Assembly: GCF_964204645.1 (NCBI RefSeq)
Contig: NC_134030.1
Span: 7,605,022-7,669,021, forward strand
Direction of reading: 5' to 3'
From: Tubulanus polymorphus
Taxonomy: Eukaryota > Animalia > Nemertea
DNA: 64,000 nucleotides
Shown here: positions 26,616-40,600 of the stretch, piece by piece
Layout: each line of letters begins with the position of its first letter
How positions within the stretch are numbered: position 1 is the first letter of the stretch
Program-made: the position numbers and the translations under genes
Notes under the pieces: generated by a model
What the model saw: only the letters and a program-made list of their open reading frames with translations
Told to the model about the DNA's origin: nothing
The model's database searches: none

Positions 26616-28450
26616 CCCATCATAGGAACCACAAAGGTTGAGGTAGACAGATGCTTTACCTCAAAGCAAAATAAGAAAATACTAAATCAATGGAGGCTCA
26701 GGTGTTTTATGATCAGTTACTTTCATCATCCAGCATGCAGGACTCAGTGATATAAGGCAACTCCTCATGTAAAATCGATGGAAAAAAAGAATAAAATGGA
26801 TAGTGGGTGTATATTTTTGGAACGGAACTGGTAGCCATTAGCCATCCTGAATCTATTTCTATATATTGAACATATAAATATAGATTCATTGATGTACATA
26901 TTTATAGACAATCATAAACTGCTAGTGGGAAATGTCTCTATTTTTATTCAATGTATATATCTCAGTCCTCATAACAGGCACTGAAGAATGGGTTGTCTGA
27001 CTTAAAAGATGTATTGATAAGATTTTAAGACATTTGAACTCATCAATCAGGCTAGATGATCCGATGCAGCTCTTGACCATTCAGAATTAATGACCATTAC
27101 TAGGCAATTTCATGGATGGTCAACTGATGAATATTAAGGTCTGTCCTCCTTTTCAGGGGCAAATCCAGATCTGGAGCTTGATGAACAACAAAAGGGCACA
27201 GCATATTCATTAGTACAAGTAAACGATTGAAATATTATCAGTTCAAGTACAAAAACCTTGAAGGTATTCGTCAATACCCAGAATGACCTCATATGTCCAC
27301 ACCTGCCTTGTCATTACCCGATAATTGCCAAATAAATCAATATCTGCCTGATATAGATGAGTTTTCCAAGCTATTTTTGTTACTTTCTTTGACTTCAATC
27401 GCGGCGTAAGCATTGAGACAAACAGAACAGGGATTATCGGACATACATAAATATGTCATGGTTAGCATCTGAATCTGATGTCATTAACGATCTTGTTCGA
27501 AACTTTTATTCTCCTGACATCGGACAAACTCGGTCAACTAGCTGAATATTATTCTCGAAATACTCACTACATTGACGTTATAGTCACATGGCATGTCCCC
27601 GCGGACTCATCGCGATATTGGCAGCTGGCTCCCTTGCGCGCCACTTTGCGCGGTGTTCTTCCTCGTCGAGTCGAAATTATCGATACTTCGTAAAATAGTG
27701 GACGTTTCATGCATAAGAAGAGCCACTAAGAAGATCTCAATAAAATTCAAGACACGCATAGGCAAACTCGATGTTATAAACGTTTTTCACCCGAGGTTCA
27801 ATTTTTGATGTGAATACCAAACACGGGTGTCACTAGGACATTTGAAGGGGGAGAAAGAATTAATAAAAGTGGAACTATGCCATAGACCTATATACTTCAT
27901 GCCGTATCTGCTGAGCATGAAAGTTAAACAACCATTTCAGAATTCTTGAAATTGCTTGAATGTTATTGTAGTCTAAATTTTTTAAACTCGAAGCTTGAGA
28001 GGGGCTTTTTCATGAGGCAAAATGTTTATGAAATTTCCGAAATGTGAAAAAATGCAGAACTTGGATTTAAAAATGGGGGTTGCCCGACCCCCTCTGATGA
28101 CACCCTTCATCAAAACCAATATCAAAAACCTTTGAAGCAGGTCTTGGTGTGAAGATATACACATAAATACTGACCGAGTGTAAAATTGCAAAGAAGTGAC
28201 TCTAACATTAGTTTACATGAATGGGTCCATTTTTGTTTTGGTTTTTGTTTATTCATTCTATACAAGGACCTTCTATAAATATCAGATTGCACCATTAAAC
28301 ATATCTATTCCACCCACGTGCGAATTTGATACTGCACTTCACTGGGATTGACACGTATTCATCTCTTCTTTTCATGCCGATGAAGGACATTCTAGTGTTC
28401 TTATAGAGACATTGCCTAGAAACTTCCTAAAGATGGATGTACTTATTTAC

Positions 28451-28471
28451 CTGACCAGAACATTTCTCAGT
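28451..28471 (-). CDS. Candidate 21-nt frame-preserving microexon of PHLDB (TEKCSGQ)
   Basis: cgtttttttttctcag|ACT GAG AAA TGT TCT GGT CAG|gtaaat; phase 0-0, located in the phase-0 intron before FHA exon 1. Confidence 0.55.
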
Positions 28472-29359
28472 CTGAGAAAAAAAAACGATACTATATCTGA
28501 AATGCAGGTCAGACGGGTAATCCGATCGAAATCAAAGCTCTGATGTATATGACCAAAGTGTCTGACGTTCCGGAAAAGATTTGATCAGGTGGATAAACAA
28601 GGAACTCTTTGATAAGCCGACGGGGCTTATCAGGATAAGCAGGATTGGAGCACAGGTTATTAAATGTTCATACTGCATCACCATCATTTTCGATAATTGC
28701 CATACCATTCTCCCGAGAGCAAGACGAGAAATCATTTCGTTTTTCCGAATCTTCCTATCTATTTTTATCACTTCACCAAAATACCACTTATTCGTGTCTA
28801 AATTTCATGCTTACTTGAACAATAAGTGGCATGTCTGATCTTGTGGTAATCATTCCGACTGATTACTCCGAAGTCTGATTGACACTGTATGTACCCTTAA
28901 CTTTCATTTGGAGAATCATTATCATGAGATTTCTTGTACCTGATGCCAGCCATGGCTTTTTTCGCAATAAAACATATGTTCTAGATAAAATTGACCTTCT
29001 TCCTACCAATGAATACCATAAAATCAAGGCTTCTCAAACTCTTTTACCATCCACCCTGGCATCATATCTGCCTTGCTCAACCTTTGGATCTTGTGTCGGA
29101 GAAAAAAAATCAGTTGCCAAAGAACATGTCCTTGTGATTCTTCAGCAAATGAGCGTTCATTGCAGCACCGCGTGACACCAATATATCACACTTTTGCTCT
29201 TTACATGAAATGTCATGAAGGTTGAGACACACGCAGGAGCATCTAAAAACAAACAGTGATTAGCGATTTTTCTCACTGTCATCGTTGACCGCAAGCACTG
29301 CATGTGGTCACTCTGACACGAACAGAATGCAGAGACTCTGTTCCTTGATCCTAATAAGC

Positions 29360-29642
29360 CATATGTTCTTGATCCGGGCAAACATTCCCACTGGTGGCAA
29401 AAGGATCAAGTTTGATTTGGATAAACCAAAAAGTTTTGGACCAAAACTGTGCCAAATTTTAGCATGGGTCAAATTATTGCCCATGAATGCTAAATGGTTC
29501 CGCAAGTGACTCACTTCGCTTTTTCGCAGCATTGTTTAGTATCGAGTGAGTGATTAATGTGTGAATGGGCTATCTTATTAGGCACTGGTCAAATTTGACT
29601 CATGTCTGATCTGGGCCGGATCATTTCCCCAGTGATCGGAGT
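29360..29642. mobile_element. MITE family A, diverged copy (same orientation as 55458)
   Basis: Shares GTGCCAAATTTTAGCATGGGTCAAAT, ATCGAGTGAGTG and GGTCAAATTTGACTC with other copies. Confidence 0.65.
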
Positions 29643-30013
29643 TGTTTTGTTCTCCTCAAATACGTTACTTCATATGTAATCAATCATAAAATTTTCTTGT
29701 TTTTATAACTATGTTATATTTGAGAAAATATATTCATTCATCGAATTCAAAAGGTAAACAACAATGTTAATGATAATAATGATAATGATGATAGATGGTT
29801 TTGTGAGAGTGTTCGCACCTACCAGTCATTGATTCGTCTATCACCGAGCATGATTGATCTCATTATAACGGGGCCCAATCGATCAACAACAACACTGAAC
29901 GGCGAAAAAGATTTGCTTCCAGATAATTGGTCGAACGTATTGGGTATTGGGTATTTGTTTACGAGCGAGGTAGAGAGGAGAGAGAAAGACTGGGTGGTGA
30001 ATTGGCCACTTAC

Positions 30014-30079
30014 CTGCTGCACTGTGCGCACCGTGTAGAGAAATATGCAGCAGACCGCTGCAGAGTCATTTATCAATTC
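30014..30079 (-). CDS. Candidate 66-nt cassette exon or 3' end of an alternative first exon (ELINDSAAVCCIFLYTVRTVQQ)
   Basis: Perfect donor CAG|gtaagt; open in phase 0 from gttgacag|GAA; the acceptor is weak. Confidence 0.4.
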
Positions 30080-32214
30080 CTGTCAACTCTATGAAATTGA
30101 GTTGCCAGAATCATCATGATATAAATGAATATGAATGGCAGAAAGTCGGGAAGCATTCCTATAGTATAATTGGCATTAGTTCAGTTTCCGCTTCTTGACG
30201 GTATAGCAGTAACATTGAAAAATCAACTACACGAATGGGAAGCCCAGTGGGCGCCTGGTTGAAGTCATCGGTAGTTCACTGGTCCAGGTTTTTGGTGGCA
30301 ACACTGTACTTGATCAAAAATAAAGGCAAACTAAAGCCAGGTCCACCGGAGAATTGTGAAAGAATAGCTTTGATCAAAAGCCAATTTGGCTAGGTTCATA
30401 CCGTACTGGCCCGGATCAGAGCAAAGAAAGATTTGGCTTGTGCTTAATAAGAGAATACTCATTTGTTATAAAAATGCTATTAAAACGAATTTGTGGCAAG
30501 GCACTTCCAGAAATTTGCAGTCTGACATTTTTGGTATAGCCAAATTTGTGAAACAGGTATGTTCCCATTTTGCAGCAGAGTGAACGACTGGTCCAAAACT
30601 TGGCCTGTGTCAACAGCAACAAAATCACAATACACTTAGGGTGAGTCCGTAACTCAAGTTCACCAATCTCAACCAAAATTACAAATGTCAGGCACCGATG
30701 ACTCTCTGTTACAGAGCACAGATTTTGGGATTCAGGTGATCGGTTGCAATAAGCAAATACAGAAAGGATCAACACCCCTGATCGATTTAACGCCTCCTAG
30801 CTTGACGGCGATGTTATGGAAGTTGGCGTTTCAAATTTACTCGCCGATCAAGAACAATATTATTTCTCTATCAATTACGCCAAAACAGCAGGCAGAACAT
30901 GATTCAGTACGTCGTGAAGAGGTTTAGCCAAACAGCACGCGCAACTTGCCGAGTAAACGTAACGACGAGATTACGACTGCCGACGAGCACTCTCACCGAG
31001 CGACGGTGAGAAGTGAGCAAATTTGACGAGTATCGTCGGAGTATCTTCGCGCGAATCAACGGCGTATACGAATTTTCCTGCAAATTGGATGCAACAAGTG
31101 GTTATTGGGGGAAGATTTGATAGTCTAATTACATCGAATACTAGCGTTTCTGAAATGCTCAACTCGAACGAACCTACCACAGCCTACATGTTACGCGTCT
31201 CCAGCGGAAGCTGGGTGGTTTTTCCAACAAGAAAGAAAAAATTTTTGTCAAAATATTCCATTCAATTTCATGAGCAAAAATAGGTACGTCGTCAATAATA
31301 ACTAGTTCCAGTACTAGGCCAACTCTTCACTTCACAACTAGGAATGTCTACAGACTAATATCCCCCCCCAATTGTTGTACAGTTCTAAAGGCCTAAGTTA
31401 GGCCTAACACAAGATTTACGACATGGATTGTTTGAAATTGCTGACAGTCGGACATATTTAATTTTTTCAAAAAACATGACAGGTGCACAACTACATGCCT
31501 CACAAAATAGTTGCACCAAGTTTCATCAAAATACAACCCTAAGACCTAGGAGTTGTGTGCACAAGAATTATCACACAGACCCCTAAGACAAGTTGACACC
31601 ATCTAATATACCCGCTCCAGTTTGTTGGGACATGGTATAATAAACCGATAACTCTTGAAGTAGGTCAAATGAAAAGTAGAACTTTAGATATTGCCAAACT
31701 CATATAAGGAAATGTTTGAATTTATTCCCCTTCGACCATTAGTAAACACTCTTCACGAATAATTCTTTTGGCATTAATGTATTGATAAGATTCTGAGAGC
31801 AGACGATAATATTCTTAATAGCCTTTTCGTGCAGGCCGTACTCGCATTAAGGCTCTTTCGCCAATATATTGAAACCCGAGTTTTCAAATTCAAATTGGAT
31901 TACCTGACTTACGAGGCAACTGTAATTTTAGAAAGCAATTAGGTGCTGCCAGCACGAAAGTTAAACAAAACATATGCAAATATATCAGACATAAATCTAG
32001 ACGGATCCGGAATCTTCAGCGTGCAATGAATTCCAAAGTACGTTAGCGCAACGCTGACTTCTCTTTTTAATCGCCTTAACCCATCAACGCCGGTGAAATT
32101 ATGATCCACTACTCTTTTCCTAGGATTAGAAAGGAAAACGGATTAAAATAAACCGAGAGAACATTTCCACTGAATGCTAATCAGCCACAGTTGATGCTAG
32201 GGGCAGACAACCTC

Positions 32215-32272
32215 ATTGGCGGGGAGCCTAACCTGATGGCATCGATACTATCAGGGCACGAATTCCTGCTTG
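32215..32272 (-). mobile_element. tRNA-like SINE head, diverged copy
   Basis: The reverse complement GCAGGAATTCGTGCCC...GATGCCATCAGGTT...CCCCGCC aligns with the copies at 32626, 54932 and 55178. Confidence 0.5.
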
Positions 32273-32624
32273 ATTAGCCAGGTACATACAAGGTATCGCC
32301 AGTGGGTGGGGTCCCAACGACCCCTCACTAGTCATAATTTTTATTTCTGATTGAGAAGTGTAATCTAAAATTTAAGTATGCCAAAAAAGACAGAAATTTT
32401 TTTTAAAATTCAGATTTAAACCTCTCTACCAGTAGACTCGCGCCTTTGGCATTGCTGATTTCGAACTCCCCTTGGAAATTCCTGGTGATGTTAATTTCAT
32501 CCACCACTTAGGTGAGGTCATTCTTCGCCAATCAAAAATCATGTTTTATGTTAGCGCAGGTTATTCTAGTAATGCACGTAGTTACCCGTGAAATTTGCAT
32601 ATACCTGTACACTTGCCCTAATAA

Positions 32625-32686
32625 GGCAGAGTTCGTGCCATGGCTGAGTCTTGCGATGCCATCGGGTTCAAATCCCTGCTGAGGGA
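32625..32686 (+). mobile_element. tRNA-like SINE head
   Basis: GGCAGAGTTCGTGCCATGGCTGAGTCTTGCGATGCCATCGGGTTCAAATCCCTGC with B-box GGTTCAAATCC. Confidence 0.55.
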
Positions 32687-34548
32687 GGGTGGGGGAGAGA
32701 GCATCCCAGGGTATCCAGATTCAGCCTACGCCACTTCCGGTATTCGCTTAAATCCCATTTCTACTACAGTAGCTGCAGGTCGTTTAAAAGGTTCCGACAA
32801 AGCAAGGCGGTATTTGATGGATGAAAAGCGAATGCTGGCTACGAAACATAAAACCCACTGGGGCTATGCCCTAAGTGATCTAAACTCAACGGACTTTTCT
32901 ACTTGCAAGTCATGTATCATTACCGGTGGTAGTTTTTTTCAGCCTGATGCACTTTGATAAAAGCCGAGCGCCTGGCCTTTCCGCGAATTGAATCGCCGGC
33001 GATCGTCGCCTAAAAAGACGGCCATTTTCACAGCAATAACCGATGAATAAGTGCCATGCGACAAAACGTCGTAACATATCAGATTAATCTCATCATTTTT
33101 GTCATGCAGTTCGATTGAAGTAATAACAAGTGCGCCGGCAATCATATCCGCGTCGACAGTAATCATATCACTGAGTGGTCATTTTTACGGCTATTCATTT
33201 CGTTCGGGTGTCGTCCGAATATTGCGATATTTTCCGCGTCGCATCCGTACGTATCGCGCGCAGATTTATTGACGATAAGCTGCGTTTGTGAACAATGTGG
33301 ATGCAACGCGAAACCTGCGATTAACGGAATAGATAATAATTTGTGTATCTTCTAATTACTATTTTATGTATCTTTTTAACCGTAGAGCATGACCGGAATT
33401 ATCAACAGATGACTTTATTCAAAATTCGACATTTTGTACAGCATTTAGAAGCTTAGCTTTTTCAGTGGTGATGTTAAGGATTCTTTTTTTCGTTTGTTTA
33501 AGTGCCAAACACATAAGTAATCCAAAACTATAGATGGCAATTCACTTTTCAGTTTTCAAGGATGAAATAAACAAGAACTGCTCAGATAAATTGGCCTGGT
33601 TGTTTGACAAGGAGAAGGGTACAAAGGCCTCATTTTAGTTCCCAGCCGATGCAATGTTGATCTAACCAAGACAGGCAGAATCACTCATGCCAAAAAAGAA
33701 TAAACGAGGCCAGAGCGATCCGATTTCCCAAATCAAATTTTGCCAAACCTGACAGCGGAGATGTTTGATGAGGATCGCAAAGAAATTGTCATGTAACCGG
33801 ATGTCGATAAAGCCTCGAGACATAACTTCCCTAGTATTAAATTGATATAAACAAGCGGAAGAGTTATTTCATTGCGATCGGCTATGCGATGTCACGTCAA
33901 ACAAACCCCGGTTTCGATATGCGGGTGGATGTAATCTACAGAATCGTTACTGAAACAAATTTAGTCAGCGAAACTGAATCTATTTTGGCTATTGTAGCCG
34001 GCAGCACAGGCAACCAGTCCAAGCCCAATGATTCTACATTCAATCTTGCATTAAGATTTAGGACCATATTTTTACTTCAAAATCGACTGAGCCCAGGGTC
34101 CAGTTTGAGTGTGTGAATTGCAACTGGTTCCGAAAGTGACTCAATTCGATCTGTTTGGTATCGAGTGAGTGGTTTACGTGTGAATGGGCTATCTAATTAG
34201 GCACGGGCCAAATTTGACTCGGGTCTGATCCGTGCCAATTTGGCCTGGGCCAAACAGCTTTATTTTTTAAACTGGATCCTGGTTTCAGATAGCATTAGTG
34301 CACTGACATCAGTATTTCTTTCAATAATAATATCCATTTCTCACATATACACATACATATAACATTACAAAGTATGATATCCTGGTGGTATAAGCATGTG
34401 TAATGTATACATGTTCGGATAAACCGGAAGCCAAATGTGGCTGTAACCCTTCGATGAAAATATTTCCCGCTTTTCAAAACATTGCAACTATAGTAAATAC
34501 AGGAGGGATGGAAAAAGCCCATTGTTAATTTACGATACTACGTCTCAC

Positions 34549-34572
34549 CTCCGGGCTCTTTCTTCGTGACAT
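34549..34572 (-). CDS. Candidate alternative first coding exon of PHLDB (MSRRKSPE), phase 0
   Basis: GAT ATG TCA CGA AGA AAG AGC CCG GAG|gtgaga; the frame is also stop-free for about 60 codons upstream. Confidence 0.5.
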
Positions 34573-35502
34573 ATCAGCTTTTGACGTGGAATTCTCAAAA
34601 AGCCTGGAAGCACCGGATTTAAAAGTCTTTTGACAGGGAAGGCACCGAGATAATGGAAGGTTTTTCTTCAACTCGTTACTGCTAGCGAAATCTTCATACA
34701 CGTAACATAGCTTTACGAGAAATAGTTTGTTCGCTGTGATGTTTCGCAGCGGGTTCTAATTTCCATCGCGGATGAATTTGAAAAACATCACACGTGCACC
34801 TAATGACCGCAAACTGCAATCATTAGCATTTCATAGGAGAGAGATGAAGAAGGAAATTATTCTAAAAAAAAACAAACAGAAATGGCGCTCTTTAATGCGC
34901 CTCAAGACAGGCAGACTAGGAGCTTCAACTGTAACCAGTCTTATCTGAGGGATTGTATCAAAAACTTTCTAGAAACCAAAGTATCTTTTAACAGTGGATA
35001 AATAAATCATGCAGTAAATTGATGAAATTAATAAAAAAAATCGATGACACCCCATAACTATTGAGCGAAGTAATTCCTGCATTTAGATGAACTATCAGGG
35101 ATAAGATATCCACAGAGTTGTCTGTTGATTTATCCAGCTAGTTTTCATCGCCAATTTTACATATACAAGACAATTTAATCGGTAAAATGCTGCACTGTCG
35201 TTTCGTATTCAAGCCGATGAATGTTTAGAAGCAGAAGTCAGCCAAGAAATGAGAAAAACGCTATCATTGTCTCACGTAGCTATCAAACAACGAGGGGCTT
35301 TTCACAAATTTCCCTCGAGTTCGGGACTAACGATGCATTACGCATCGTTCATCATTATAGTCGAATCACAGCATATCCCCGGCATTTTTTTCGCAAAAAA
35401 ACATCGAGTGTGCTTTGTGACTTGCATTCTGAACATTATCAGCGCGCTTGTCTCATTGCGCCGGTGCATATTCAGAAGGAGCACTGGTAATGTCTGGAAT
35501 AT

Positions 35503-35834
35503 AGCCGCGATCACAAGGAACGACTTGGACTGTGTTAAACTGGCCCGGATCAGACACATGTCAAATTTGGCCAGTGCCTAATCAGAGAGTGCGTTCTTAC
35601 ATAAACCACGATACTAAAAAATTCTGCAACAAAGTGAGGTGAATCTACGAGCAATTATCTGAACAATTGCTCGTAGGGTGAATCAACTCCTGAACACCAG
35701 CTAGTATTCACACACAATCATTTGACCGATGCTAAAATTTGGTATAGGCCATGTCCGACATTTGTGGCATGGGCCCATTTGGCATACTGTGTGATTGATT
35801 CATCTGGACCTAAAATGCTCATGTGATCTTGGCC
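35503..35834. mobile_element. MITE family A copy
   Basis: AGCCGCGATCAC...GTGATCTTGGC ends. Confidence 0.7.
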
Positions 35835-36544
35835 TATATGTCGCAGTAGATGGTGAAGCAAACTAGCCACAGACATGACATAAGCAAGATAAATATTTAC
35901 GAACTTGATCTTGAATGAATAGCTCATCAGCGCAGGCCAACACTCTCAACCCTACCCTCTTCAAATCGGTCAAGGTTACTGAGACCTCAAGTCACAGGGA
36001 TCCAATACCCTAGTTGAGGGCTTCATATGACTCTCAAGAGGAATTAATCGAGAATGAACTAATTTTGACACTGGAGTTTTGATCTAGTAGCATTTACTGA
36101 TAATTTCTAACTGGATTTCGCTAGTTCAAGATTTCATTTTTTCCTGTAATTTTTGTGCGAAAACACAATCAAATTACCTTTCCAATCAAATTGCAATCGA
36201 CATCACAATTTTAAAACCAGCTGACATCGGATTGCAGAAAGATGATATTACGAACGAAACTTTTTAATTTCCCACGAGTCGTTAAAATTGATGTAATTTG
36301 ATTAATCACCGATGCTTTTTCATCACAAGCAGAAGTAACTAGCATTCGCTCAGATAATTGGTTTCATTTGAAAAAGTGTTCCAGCCTAAATCATCGCTAG
36401 AAGTCGACCACAAAATCGATATCATAAACAGATATTGTTGATACCCTTGGCAGACGTTTTTCAACTCTGTAAATGGTAATCAATTGTCAAGAGCATATTA
36501 TAGCTAAAACAAGCAAAACAATCTTCTCTATACTATATTACTTA

Positions 36545-36850
36545 TTCTGATTTTATGCTTCCTTATTCACTAGGCTATTACTAATGCTTCTTTATTCTAT
36601 CTAACGTATGCTTCCTTATTCTCTGTAACTTATGCTTCCTTATTCTCTGTAACATATGCTTCCTTATTCTCTATACTTATGCTTCCTCAGTTTTTATAAC
36701 TTATGCTTCCTCATTCTATATACCTTATGCTTCCTTATTCTCTGTAACTCATGCTTCCTTATCCTCTGTAGCTCATGCTTCCTTATTCTCTGTAACTTGT
36801 GCTTCTTTATTCTCTACAATTTATGTCGCTTCATTCTTTCATAACATGCC
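36545..36850. repeat. 24-bp minisatellite (TTATGCTTCCTTATTCTCTGTAAC)n, about 12 copies
   Basis: Direct tandem repetition is visible; it explains the LCFLILYN ORF. Confidence 0.9.
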
Positions 36851-37419
36851 TTATCTATTCATCATAAGACGTACTGTTCTATTTTTCTACAGTTTCATAT
36901 GCTTTGCTATTTTCTGGATAAAATAAGATGAATGAACTGAATAAGATGGCTAAACATGTGTATGCTAACTACCATAAGGGGGAAGAGAAAAGGATTAGAA
37001 ACATTTCTTGAGCTGACGTATGATCATGTAGGAAATGTGTTGAGTAATTTTTTTAGCTTTTAATCAATGATGATCGACGGCTCCCCTAGTGATCATTATG
37101 AGCCGGGTTTTGTCAGCCCTACATTGATTTACGATGAAGTTTATTGAATAATTGCAGAGACGATGCGTAACACGAGTTGGATGGTCTGTTACTACTACAG
37201 ACATGTCGATGATAGAGCAGTTTCAATGAATCCGCATTCATGGAATCCGGAATTCATCTCTATGCGAGGTGGCACTTCATCGGATGCAAGCATTTCAGTT
37301 CAAACAAATAACTAGACAAGTGGTTGGTCAAGGCCTTCTCTTTACTAGTGACCATCCTCATAATCCCACATTGATCTTTCAAATGATAACCATTTAAGAG
37401 AACATTACCAAATATCTTA

Positions 37420-37631
37420 AGCCGCGATCACACGGGGACGATTTGGCCTAGGCCAAGTTGACATAGATCAGGCCCAAGTCAAATTTGGCCAGGTTCGACA
37501 TTCATTTGGTATGGGCAAACAGGCACAGGCCCATTTGGCACCCGTATGAACAGTTGTAATTGGTTGTAACGGGCCTTATTTGGAAATAGCTAAGTTTGGC
37601 CCAGGCCAAAAACAGTTGTTTCATCGCGGCT
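37420..37631. mobile_element. MITE family A, internally deleted copy with TTA duplication
   Basis: tta|AGCCGCGATCAC...ATCGCGGCT|tta. Confidence 0.75.
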
Positions 37632-40600
37632 TTATTCTCAATCCTAATCATTATTTATACATGTCTGTCATCTCATTTTATTGTATACAAATTTGTTTAC
37701 TTCAGTTATAGAAATAACTATTGTATCAATGAGGATTATCAATTCAATAATTCATGCGATATCCATTGAATAGTATATCTTTTTAGAGAATAACATCTAT
37801 TTACATGACCTATGACTTGCAAGGTTACAAGTAGACTAATCTTTTTTTTCTGATTAGGTTGACTGAATTTATGTAAGACTCCGGTCTGCGCAAAGCCAGT
37901 TGAAGCCATACATAAAAACATAACAAAACAACGGCTTAATGAAACCTCAGTAGTATTCCATTGAGATGAGATCAGCTGACCTTCACATCAAACAGAAATA
38001 CAGCAAAAATCATCAATAACAAAGTCCTCTATATATGTAAGCCACATGAGGAAACATAAAAATAATTCTGAAATTACAAGCCAACTTCACCAACTTACTG
38101 AGTTACAGAGTCGTCAGTGAACTGATTTTGAGTCAAAATCAACCCTCAACCATTTCCTGGGTGATACTTGAGGCCAGATCCTCAATCACGATTTGGATCT
38201 TAAACTCCTAACCGATTTAAAACAGCTTTTTGTCTTTGGTCATGGCTATCAAACTGGACCCTAGCACATGCCGAAAGGTCACCGTTACCATGGAAGGGTT
38301 CACTTTGATACTAGTCTATCTATAGGCATTATTATGGTTTACTACCAAATTGTTTTAATTCCTAGCTATAGATTCGCTGCATTTGTTGAAAATCGAGAAT
38401 TTGGCACACTGAATAGTACGCCATTATGACATTCGATAGATGGGAGCACCCATTTGATATCGGTGAACGAATAAATTCAATAAGGATTTATTACTTCCAG
38501 GTTACAGAATGCATTTACCGCTGCTTTGCAGTTACATTTCTTCAGTTGTAGTTCCGGAACAGAACAAACGAAATGGTCCACACGAACAGATGCCAGCTGT
38601 ATGGTATAGTATGACAATCTTATGACAACGTCATCATCTCGGCGACATGACGAAACATGATTACGGATTGATTATTCTCCTTGATTAATCGATCAAATCT
38701 AATTGACTATTTAAACCGTTAGCCGCCCTCTGTCTCGATATCAGCGGGCAGGCTAGCTACCAACCCGTAATAACCGAAATCACTTCTGTGTAGATAACAC
38801 AGTCGTAATACGCATAAACTCTCATGCGCTGAACAACAACTGGACATCGCATATTTCATTAGCGAAGGTCACATTGCGCTAACGAGATGGTCGCATTCAA
38901 CCATCTAACAATTTGCATCAAAACTTAGCGAGTAATCAGCATGAGGAGCACAAACGCATGGAGGCAATTTTCAAAGTTTATCTATATTTACTTGACAATC
39001 ATTGATAGACCAAGACTGTCCTCATAAAGAAAAACCTACTCTTAGAATGAAAAACTTAAGTCTGAAATGTTTCGTTGAGCTAATAATTCATCGAATGTTT
39101 CAACTATATCTCATAGTAATCTTCAAGAAAACAGTATTCCTGAAAATAACCATTAGGACCATTAAACCCTTTCAGTGTTGACTGAATACTACCCTACAGT
39201 GCTGGAGATAATTTTAGAAAATTCCCCAATGTGTTAGATATAGAACATACTACTTTGGTGTATCTGCTATCTATACATCGCACTACAATGTAGATCCACT
39301 GAAAGGGTGAGTATGGAATTTTCTATATTCAATTGTCAGTCGGCTTTGTTTCACACAGTTCAAAGCATCGTTTGTCGCCCTCAGCAAGGAAAATATTATC
39401 GACTCAAATGAAAATTCTCAGCATTTTCGTGCTCAATACAGAAATTTCTGCTCTAGCCAATTTCATACGCCGGTAAAAGAAGAACTCTCATAAAAGTTTC
39501 TGAATTCAGATGAGGCTCATAGTTTAGGCTGCACGTTGAATAATTTCCACATGGTCCTGCGAGATACAAAAAAAAAATTCAGATCAGAATTCAGAGCACA
39601 CCTCGATGAGCCTCATGAGAGTGTTACCTAAGTAAGGAGTGTGAGAGAGGTTTTATTGCTCGCAAGACTTTTTTTAACCATATAGCCGATAGCTGTATGG
39701 TCGACACCAACCAGTTCTATGATTCAAGTTCTATCCTGTACCGCAAAATGATTGACACATGGGACTTTAGATAGATCAATCAGTTTATCTTCAGCTGATA
39801 GACTGTTTCCCCTACGAAAATCAAGTTAGACCTTCTCACAAAATGGAACGTCTAGATTTCATTTCTTATTGTTTATTCAAGTAATAATACGCACCGCCAG
39901 CCGTCGCCAAGACATAAGCGGAAATGCACGGCGCTAAAAAACTGCCATAAGGTTCGCATCATTGTCATAACAAAGTTGATCACGACGCTTTTTATGCGCG
40001 GGGTTCATTTCCTAAGTAAATCTTACCGCTTACTGTCGATGGTCGGAATAATCAGATTCGCTGCGAATTCGATTGACAACTCGGGCGGTTGTGAATAACG
40101 AAATCAAAACCATTCACGCGCCGGAGATGTGAGTACGACAACTGTTTGCTAAGCCATCGTACGAGATGGAAAGAATATTCCTGACACATCGTGTATTAAC
40201 CCTTCGAAGACCGCTGTTTAAGGCAGGTATTCAATAGATTAAAAAACTCGTCGTATTTCTTGAAGTTCTGTAAAATGGAAAATTTTTACAGCTACTGGCC
40301 TAGCATTGCATTGAGACCAATCAACATTTTCTTTTCAGGGTTTGAAAATTTATTAACCTTTCTTTTGAAATGCCAGCAAATTTTAATTGAATATTAGTAT
40401 ACTTACCACCTAAACCACTTTCATGTGTACAAGGGTCATCTGTCACTGTCTAACATCAATGCATTTCATACTGAGTCATACTGAGTTACTGACATTGTTA
40501 GCCAAAAACAACAACTTCGCCATAACTAACTTTCAGGATTACCAGTATTTCAAACATTGGTTTGCTACCAATTTCAGCCATTGAGTAGGCATCAAAATTA

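Noticed and set aside
26975-27020. CTGAAGA followed by a weak stem (similar cases at 28378 and 58582) as further hammerheads
   Set aside because: The GAAA half of the core is missing and no second copy supports a consensus.
31905-31925. Acceptor followed by donors 7 and 16 nt later on the minus strand
   Set aside because: Neither length preserves frame in the phase-0 intron.
36545-36850. 24-bp repeat as a CRISPR array or LCFLILYN protein
   Set aside because: No spacers and a eukaryotic context; it is a simple minisatellite.
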